From positions 9,238,001-9,302,000 of the forward strand of contig JBHGNT010000021.1 in the NCBI GenBank assembly GCA_043228905.1: a stretch of 64,000 nucleotides of DNA, given 5' to 3'. The notes beneath the pieces were generated by a model that worked only from the letters and a program-made list of their open reading frames with translations, had not been told where the DNA came from and made no database searches. The position numbers and the translations under genes were made by a program. This document shows, one piece after another, positions 54,650 to 64,000 of this stretch; the stretch's first letter is position 1, and each line of letters starts with the position of its first letter. The DNA is from Azolla caroliniana. Taxonomy: Eukaryota > Plantae > Polypodiophyta.

Positions 54650-55454
54650 TTGTATTTTTTACTATATAAAATTGTAACACTAGACTTCTTTAGGAATATA
54701 AGATTATTTTGTTTGCATACCATTTCTTTGCACTATCTCATTGGTTTGCAAACTTTGAGTGTCTATCATACATTTGTATTGGTGTCCTAGCAAAGTATGT
54801 GGTTGTTAAGTATAATGTTTGTTGAATAGATGATGGTGAACTTATCATAGTATGACATATGTTTGTTAATTGTTTCTTTATTAATATAATTGAATTTAGC
54901 TTTATTCTAGGTTATTTAGATTTGAGTGTGTAGAGAAATATTAACTCAACATTGTTGCTCGCTTGATCTTACATGTAGGTTGTTCATATCATAATGAGAT
55001 ATAATGTTTGTAGAAGTTTTTGAGCATGAGAGGTATATAATGTGATATTCATGTGTGGTTATGTTTCTAATTATACTGAAAAATGCAATTCGCTCATTTA
55101 TCATAACAAACTTTATAGGAGTTATAGAGAAATATAACACTAAAATTGTGTTTCTAAAATTATTGAATTGGATTCAAATTCGACATTATGTAAAGTGAAG
55201 CATATTTTAATGATAGTTGAAAGCATTCTCGTATTCAAAGTGAATGTTTGGATAAATATGTGTATGATTTTAGAAAATATAGGTTAACTTTGAAATCTTA
55301 ATAATATTACTTGTGTTTTTATTGATGTTTTTAAAAGTCATGTGTGCATGCGTGATACATTCTTGAAAGTTTGTTAAAAAATTGTAATTCATGACATCTC
55401 ATGTATTTTTCAATAAAGGAATGCGACATATTACCTATTCTAAATGACCCGGTG

Positions 55455-58400
55455 TTTGTTGGTTTTGCACCAACATATGCTCGAAGCATGTCCTCAATAA
55501 TTTGATTTACTCGTTTTGTTTGTCCATCGGATTGAGGATGATCCGTGGAGCTCATGCTCAACGTAGTTTCTAACTTCTTAAAGACATGCGTCTAGAAGTC
55601 ACTAGTAAACTTTGGATCTCGATCACTCACGATATCCATCGGTAACCCATAAAAATGAAATAACTCGTCACTGAATTGGTAAGCCAATTCAGGAGTTGTT
55701 ACCGTGGTTTTAGTAGCAATAAATATGGCCATTTTAGTTAGTCCATCAACCACAACCCAGATGGCATCATGGCCTTTTTGGGTGCAAGGAAGGCTAACAA
55801 TAAAATCCATGGATATACTTTCCCACTTATTATTGGGAATGTCCAAGGGATGTAAACGTCCTGCAACTTTAAGTCGCTCGGCTTTGTTAACCTGACATTG
55901 GTGACATTTAGTCACATACCTATGTATGTCAGGACACATCTTAGGCCAATAGAATTGAGTGGAGATGAGAACGATTGTCAGGGTGCCTTGTTGAGGGTGC
56001 ATCATGGCATTAAAAAAGAATTCTCTTTTTGACATCGGGCAAATCTAGAACACAAACCTTCCCATTACGATAGAGCAGACCATTGGCAATGTGGAAGTAT
56101 TCCTTCGAGGATGTGGTGGTGTTTGTTCTAGACTCAACTCTTGCCCAATATTTCACAAAATGACTATCATCAAGATACTTTCCTCGAAGGTGATCATAAA
56201 GATATGATGTTATTTCAGTGAAGCTAAACATGTTAACTTCATGAATGCGACTTAGTGCATCAACGACAGTGTTCATGGAACCTTTACGATATCGTATGGA
56301 AAAATCAAAGTCATGGATGAGATCAACCCATCGTGCCCATGTCTTGTTGTTCACAAAAATATTTCAAGGACTCGTGGTCCATAGTTACCACAAAACGATT
56401 TCCATAAAGATAATGGCGCCATGTTTTGAGTGCATGTATAACTGCAAATAATTCATTTTCTTGAACGGTATACCGACATTGAGCAAAATCAAGTTTCTTA
56501 TTCTTGGATGCTATTGGTTTACCATCTTGATATAAGACAACGCCTATAGCATAATCACTTGCATCGGTTTCAACCTCAAAAGGTTTTGAAGGATCAGGTA
56601 AAAGAAGCGAAGGAGCCTTGCACACCAGGTCCTTGAGTTCCTTAAAGGCGAGGTCTAGTGTAGCATTCCACACAATAGGTTTTGTAGGCTTATGCGTTTG
56701 ACCTTTTAGAAGATCAGTAAAAGACGTCGTCAATTGGGAGTAATTACGAAGGGATTTTCGCAAAAACCTGACAAAACCAAGGAATGATTGAACGTCTTGA
56801 ATATTCTGAAGAGTGGGCCAAAGTTTGATTTTCTCGATGCGAGAAGGATCAATTTCAACTCCTTGTTTGGTTATGAGATGTCCAAGATAAGTAATTGATT
56901 TCTTGAAGAACTCGCATTTTGAGATCTTTGCGTAGAATTCCTTGTCGCGCAATGTTTGTAAAACAAAGCGGACATGTTTAGCATGTTCTTCTAATGTACG
57001 ACTATAAACTAGAATATCATCCAAGAAAATAACAACAAATTTTCCAAGTTGTTCTCATAAAATGTCATTCATTTCTTGTTGAAATGTGGCTGGGGCATTA
57101 GTCAAACCGAAAGGCATGACCAAAAACTCGTAATGTCCATAATGTGTACGAAATGCCGTTTTAGGAACATCGTTCTCACTTATACGAATTTGATGGTAGC
57201 CCGTACGGAGATCAAGTTTCGTAAAATACCGAGCTCCCTGGAGACGGTCAATTAGATCGTCAGCCCGAGACAATGGATATGAATTCTTGATCGTCACCTT
57301 ATTCAGGCGTCGGTAATTAATACACATATGCCATGTGCCCTCTTTCTTTTTTACCAAAAGAATAGGTGCACCCCATGGAGATTTACTATAACGTATATAA
57401 CCCATTCATAAATAGTCCTTGAGTTGCTTAGATACCTCATCCTCTTCGGATCGACTTAAGCAATAAGGAGGTATACTTATTGGTGCAACACTAGGTACAA
57501 TATCTATACGATGGTCTATATTACATTTAGGTGGTAACCCATGTGGTAGTTCACTCGGAAAAACATCACGAAAATCATTTAAGATTTCATTGAGTTGTTG
57601 TTGTTCAAAATATGATAATCGAAACCAAGACATTATCGATATTGTAAACGTGAATGTCTGGATCAAGTACACAATAAAATAAAGTAGAACAAGAGGTTGA
57701 TGGCGAGGAAACAATCGAAAGAGATTTTTTTTAACACATTGAATAAAATGAGTACAATCGTTTAGTACAAAAGTAATTGAATGATGAACCCAATCAATAG
57801 ATAAAGAAGAGTTTTTATTAAAAAACTAGGGATAACCCAGTATTACATCAGTGGTACAAAGATTCATTACATGGAAGTCTACTTCCTCTATATAAGTATC
57901 AATAGAAATTCCTAATGAATGAATCGCCTCGTTGATGCATTGTACTCTTCCATTAGCCAAGTGCACCCTATAGGTGTGATCACTTATGGTGGGTTGGATT
58001 CCCCATATCTGAACCAAACGATCATTCACAAAATTGTGTGAGCTTCCCGAATCAAATAAAAATTGTACGGGAGATCCATTGATATACCCGTTTGCATGTA
58101 GTAAATCATTGGGTCCCAATACATAGTGAGGGAAAGAACATTGAAAAAATTACTTAAATGATATGTATAGACATCAAGGACATTAGGAATCTGACCTTTA
58201 TGGTCTACAACTTTTGCTTTGTTGTAGTGCTCTTTCCATAGGAGCTTTTGACATTGTTCTTTTGTATGACCCTTCTTTTTGCAGAATACGCAAAAAGGAT
58301 GTTGTCGTTTACAATCACGATCCATGAATTCGTTGGGAGTCTTGTGTTTCCCAGAGAATTGCAACTGCTTAGTCCTAGGCGCTTCATTGGGTTTGTTATG

Positions 58401-59237
58401 GTCCTTCTTCAAAGTGCGTTGATAGCGAAGAACTATTTCAACGACCTCTTTGAAGGATTTTGGATCCTTATCGTGCACTATCCAGTGATAGTCTGAATTG
58501 GGGATGCCATTGACAAAACAAGTTATTACCCAGTTGTCCCCTACTAGACCTGATTTCTGGATTTGGGTTCTAGCATGGTGAACATAGTCTTCTAGTGAGG
58601 AAAACTTCCTGCTAGAGAAGTTCATTAAAGCTTGTGCTGCCTTGGTTCGAGAGGGAGGTTGCAGAAATTGGCCCTTAAAAAACTATGACAAATTTTTTCC
58701 AGGTATCGGGCAATTTCCCCAAAGTTCAGAGCCCACGCCACCAGGCGGTGGCCTTACCCCCTAGTTCTCGGCTGACATATGCAATCTTCATACTATTTGG
58801 CATGGGATAGAGCTCAAAATGAGACTCCCATCGGCCTAGCCACATGCATATTGCTTCTTTAGTTCTTTCCTTTTTTTCTCCTATAAATGGCTTTACGACA
58901 AATGATGGTTCACCCTGACGCTCATTGGGTCTATTAGTCTCACGTTGTCAACTAATGAAATGTGCCTCGAGACTTTGAGATTGCTAAAGTTCGAACATTT
59001 GATGCGTGGTTGAGCTAAGGAAATGTTGTATTTGTAAAAAATACAACTCAATGGACATTGGTCCAGGAGGATTTCCTTGAGTTCCTTCCGCTTGAGCGGA
59101 TGACATCGGGTCGTTATTTTGAGCCATTGAATGATTATTTCTGGCAAAGAAATAGGATAAGGTTAGACAAATAGTCATAACATCAAGTCGTGATGTAAAC
59201 ATATCATGGGCCAACATTAATGGATATCATGATCTCA
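55455..59237 (-). mobile_element. Ty3/gypsy chromovirus-type retrotransposon, decayed, truncated within the integrase
   Basis: CVFCKKKGHTKEQC gag, [75 protein letters not shown]. Confidence 0.92.
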
Positions 59238-61099
59238 TGTCAATACCCCTCTAGATGTATGAGATGAGGTTCAAGATCAGGTTACTATGGTAACACAAAG
59301 GTGTTTTAAAAACCATGGGGGTGACAAATGAATGTCTTTCCCTGATCTCTATATTGATTTTTTCATGGCGGCTCCCCGAGGCTCAAACATGTATGTTCGC
59401 GTCATGAATAGTTTATACACGAAAAAAATGTTAACAATAAAATATGTTTTTGTGCCCACGTATGTGGTTTCGGCTCTTTAAGTCCTATTACGAGGACCCC
59501 GTGCAGTTAGACCTAAAGTCTAAACATGTATTATAGTCATATGTATCAACAATATTTGAACTTGAGACTTCGAGAACAAGTGCATTAAACACTTGAGCTA
59601 ACCAAATAGGTTGCTCGTGTTGAATGTTTAACGTTTTATGCGTATACGAGATATGCGAGGCATTTGCCCATATATGTTTTATTAAAAAGAAACATATATG
59701 TCAAGAGTCCTTATTTCCCTCTCATTTACCACAAACTATGTTGGTATGTTACCTAACCTCAAGTCTCATAATTACGATGGCATACACCAAAGTGCAACCT
59801 AATGGTCAAGCCAAATGAGACCTCTTTTCGTAGTAGGCCCATGTAGCCCATCACATGGTTATGTCATTACGATGCCTTTCATAAGAATGATCTCATGGTG
59901 GCATCGCATCCATGTAATGAGGGAGGGATGTTGGATATGTGTGTCATAGGAGCGACCTCACATGAAGTGGGTCAAACCCTACGTTCTCAACATCATTGTG
60001 GCTATGAGCATTTCGTTACGTAACGAAATCGAAGTGACCAACGGGGATGTCAACAAAAAAATTTGTTGAAAAAAGGATGGTGACTATGCCGTTCTCACAA
60101 AAATGAGAGGACGGCTACCAAGATTCGTTCCCCGAAAAGGACAACATTCGATATATAAATCACGTAATAACTAATATACACATATGTATATTTATCACAC
60201 ATATACGATCAAATATGTATACACGTGACCACATATGCGTATATTAAGAAAAATCGTAACATCAAATAGCCAACATATGATGAAATTGAGACATGTAATC
60301 GAGGCATATCGCCTCTATGCACACGAAACATCCAAAAATAAGGGTTCATCGTAATACGCAATTAAGGTATTGACCTCTTATGCATACGACACGAATCACA
60401 TATCAAATATATGTCAAATGAGGTATTGACCTCATACACATGTAAATGTTTTATACAACCAATTAATTACCACTACAACATCATTGAATTAATGAAAAAC
60501 AACACATATTGACTATACATGATTAGATTGGGAGAAGAAAGAATAAGAAAAAAGAGAGGAAAAGTTACTGAAGTTCCTTAGTTGATTGTTATCTGGATCA
60601 AGGTTGACCGCATGTCGATCAATCACCAACAATCAAGAAGAAAACAAAAACCAACAAAAGAAACATTAGAAACATGAGCTTTGATGCCAACTATTAGAGT
60701 TATGATCTAACATAAGCATATGATAAGGATAAAAGATATAAGAAATAAGAAAAGTGAGAGAGAAAGAAGGGTGTCGATCCACCCAACCACCCCCAAGCGA
60801 AGGGATTGAGATGGACTTGAGCCTCGATCGGCGTCCCATACCATCGTCGTGGCGTCGAGTCGTACTTGGTGCTAGTGTGTTTGCTACAAGAGTTGACCCA
60901 CCATCGACAAGAGGTTCACTAGTCGAAATTGATTCGACTAGAAGATTGACAAGAGATGAAAATGACAGAGTTGAATCGATCAACTTGCCAAAACAGGCTA
61001 AGGTATCGAAATGCCGAACCAAACCAACGACGTAGTCAATTGATCCCGAAGAAAGGGAGGATGATTCGACATCGTTGAAATCCTATTGTAGGACTCTTG

Positions 61100-61912
61100 A
61101 TGACAATAGTCACCTCGTATGTCAACTGAAGAAAAGCCTTTATGGCTTAAAACAAGCGTTGAGGATGTGGTATCAGAAAGTCAATACCTACGTCCGACAG
61201 CTCGGCTAGCGCCGGTCAGACTTTGACCCATGTAAGTACATTTGGCAATTGGACGACGAGTTCGGATCTATCTAATCATATACGTCGAAGACATGCTCAT
61301 TGCAAGGAGCAATCGAGCAGAGATTGGAGAATTAAGTAGAGCCTTCACGACAAATTTGAAATGAAGGAACTCGAACAAACCCGACACATATTGGGCATGA
61401 AAATGGAGTGAAATCGAAAGACAAAGACTCTCTGACTCTCCTAGTTTAACTACATTCGTAAGGTGCTAAGGCGTTTCCACATGGAGAACGCGAAGCCAAC
61501 ACAGACTCCGCTATCGACATCGTTCAGAATATCGGTCAAAGACTCTCCATTGACTGATGAGGAGAGAAAGCTCAATGGAAAGATACACTACACATCAAGC
61601 GTAGGAAGTATCATGTACGCAATGGTGGCGACCCAACCCAACCTTGTCTATGTCGTAGGGGTCGTCAGCCGGTACATGTCAAACCCAGGATGAAAGCATT
61701 GGGAGGCCATCAAGCACATCTTTAGGTATCTAAGAGGAACCAAGGATGTACAACCGAAGTTGAAGGCTACACCGACTCTGACTATGTCAGAAATACGGAT
61801 AATAGGAAGTGAACATCAGGCTATTTTTTCACCTATGGCACAACCGTCATATCATGGAGGTTGAAGCTCCAAGAGTGCACGACCTTGTCTACCATAGAGG
61901 CTGAGTACATAG
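61100..61912 (+). mobile_element. copia RT-RH remnant
   Basis: VCQLKKSLYGLKQA, SVGSIMYAMVAT and STIEAEYI motifs. Confidence 0.85.
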
Positions 61913-64000
61913 TGATAGAGAGATGATAGAAAGAAGAGAGAAGGAAGATATATATATCCAAAACCACAAAGATCTATTGATAATGAATAATCATGATGGA
62001 AGGAAGAGAGAAAGAAGATACATAAATCCAAGTCTACAAAGATATATGGATAACAACACAACCACACTACATGAATAAGCAAGAAAAACACCACAACAAG
62101 TAGACTCCATCGTCACCACCTTATTCTTCTTCCTTTATATAAAAGTCTTCTCAACTAGATAACTTTCCTCTTTTTTACGTTTTTTTTAGAAGTTTTCCAT
62201 CTCCTATTCTTAGCTATTACACAACGATCTTCTAATCGTCATATCTCCCTCATCCAAGTTCCAACTTTAGAGCTTTAAAAAGCTACGGATAGCTCTCTTT
62301 TCATAAGCTTTCCAACTAATATTTGAACATGATATTTGACTTCCAAATGAATGAGTTATGAGCGTTCGTTGTAGACTGTGTTTTGGTGCCCCGCTTTTTT
62401 GTTCTTTTACTTTTCTCCATCTTTCTTACTTTTAGTTTGACTTATCCTCCAAACCTTAGCTCGTGTTCTTGGACTCCGGATGTGAATGCTCCATACCTTA
62501 TATTTTTGTAGTGTCCAATACCTTGAATTCTAAAATCACTTTCACATTTAGCCCCCCCCCTTGCTTCTTGGTGAACCATTTATGGTGAACCCTAAGTTAC
62601 CAATAAAACAAAAGATTCTCCTTCACCTTATTCATGGCTATAGACAAAGAAGTTGAAAAAAAAGAAACAAATTATGTGAGTAAAACCCCCGCTAGTCGGT
62701 AGGAAAAACCTCACACTCCTAGACACACACCCACACACACATTGACAATTGCCATTGCCATCTTTCTCCTTGTCAACACAAAGAAAGAGGTTACCACAAT
62801 TACCATGTCTTTGTCAACTCTCCAAACATGAGTAGGGTCATGCGATACATAACTCTTGAGAGAAGTAAGCATGTCAACATATGAATAAACCTTTTGAGCG
62901 AGCGAACCTTTTGCACAAACACCTTCAAAGCTTTGAGACTTGTTGGAGTTGTCACCTTTTGAATTACTTTGATCTTTGATTCCATGTGAATTCCTTCTTG
63001 GCACATGACATTCTCCACACTACCTTGTTTTGTATGTTTGAAAATTTTCATCTATAATCTCATCTCGAAAAGGAAGCAAAAATAGATCTCGTTTGGTTGA
63101 ATCATTCAAGGGTTGGAAGTTGATGTCTTTCTCCTTCGGAACCACAACAATAGGTGAGACAAACTTCAAATCCTCCAACTTGATGTGGTGCTTGATGCCT
63201 TCTACTCTTATCTGTGAATAGTCATTTATGAATAACTTTGGAAACTTAAAAAGAAGAGAAATAAACCTTAGATCCTCTTCTCCTTGTACATCATTTGAAA
63301 TCATCTTCTTTTTCCCCTTTAGGGTGATAATACTTTTCTCTTCAATGACTTCTTCTTCCTCCTTAGACACCATGCGGAATGATTTGTTTTCCCAATCCCA
63401 CAAAGATTCATCAATTGTTTGGCTTTCCTCTTCTTGCTTGCCATTGTTGATAGATGATTCCTTCTCCTTTATACATTTGATTAGTTGTGGTGGATCCTTT
63501 GATGGTTCATGATACTCCAATAATGCATTACAAGTAATTCTCTTGGCTCTTGATCAAATTGTTGTTGAAGAGTTGATGCCCACATAACTTTGTTGCTACT
63601 CAATGCAAATCCAAAACACAAATCTTGCATGAACACCTTCATACACTGCAACTTGGCACTTACCAATGCTTCCTTACATGCATTGATCTCCAAAAGCCAA
63701 TCTCCAGCTATCACTTCTAGGTTACATTCTTCATCTTGCAACTCCCTTGTGGGTACTTCACCATGAACAAATTTTTCTATCATATCTTCCATTTCATCTT
63801 GCACATATTCATCATCAACCACCATATCGCTTGTTGTATCAATAATGTCCTCAACATGATGTACATTGGCATCACCATCCATAACATCGCTTCTCATAAC
63901 AATCTCCTTGGATTCGTCTTTCACATCATGATTCTTTATATCATGGTTGCCCTCATGAACTATATGGGGGAACTCCACATTCATCACCTCTTCTTCTTTG
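61913..64000 (-). mobile_element. internally deleted gypsy derivative: LTR-like 61913-~62546, poly-G PPT, degenerate pol
   Basis: PPT at 62551-62560; SPIVVVPK..QPLNDSTKRDLFLLPF RT relic. Confidence 0.65.

Larger units (their letters stand above)
49960..55454. mobile_element. Sola-like DNA transposon copy 2 carrying the ParB-methyltransferase gene; left part deleted
   Basis: Divergent transposase 5' part and ParB-MTase gene, AT-rich subterminal region, and a sharp junction ...GACCCGGTG|TTTG into a gypsy integrase. Confidence 0.75.

Noticed and set aside
59240-60700. Coding gene or defined LTR between the chromovirus and the copia remnant
   Set aside because: Looks TE-derived, but no boundaries, TSD or protein motifs could be supported.

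Overview
Eukaryotic DNA from a repeat-rich land-plant genome (fern-like by TE style; inference). One intact host gene is present: a ZFPL1 (zinc finger protein-like 1) homologue on the minus strand, 30626-43166, with at least 9 exons and introns filled with LINE debris. It is flanked by nested, decayed Ty1/copia and Ty3/gypsy retrotransposons. The most notable content is two diverged, damaged copies of a DNA-transposon-like element. Each pairs a Sola/DUF7869-type transposase (FSIEE repeats at the N-terminus, BAH-like C-terminus) with a divergently transcribed, intron-containing gene. In copy 2 (49960-55454) that gene fuses a ParB/Srx-like domain to a bacterial-type beta-class N6-adenine/N4-cytosine DNA methyltransferase (DIPY ... 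QKP ... VLDLFSGTGTT). Copy 1 (18941-23862) keeps only exon 1 and an inverted ParB fragment, with no MTase. Both copies carry the same 25-bp palindrome (GAACTCGAT-N7-ATCGAGTTC) arrayed in intron 1 of this gene. All coordinates and domain calls were made by eye; no database search was run.
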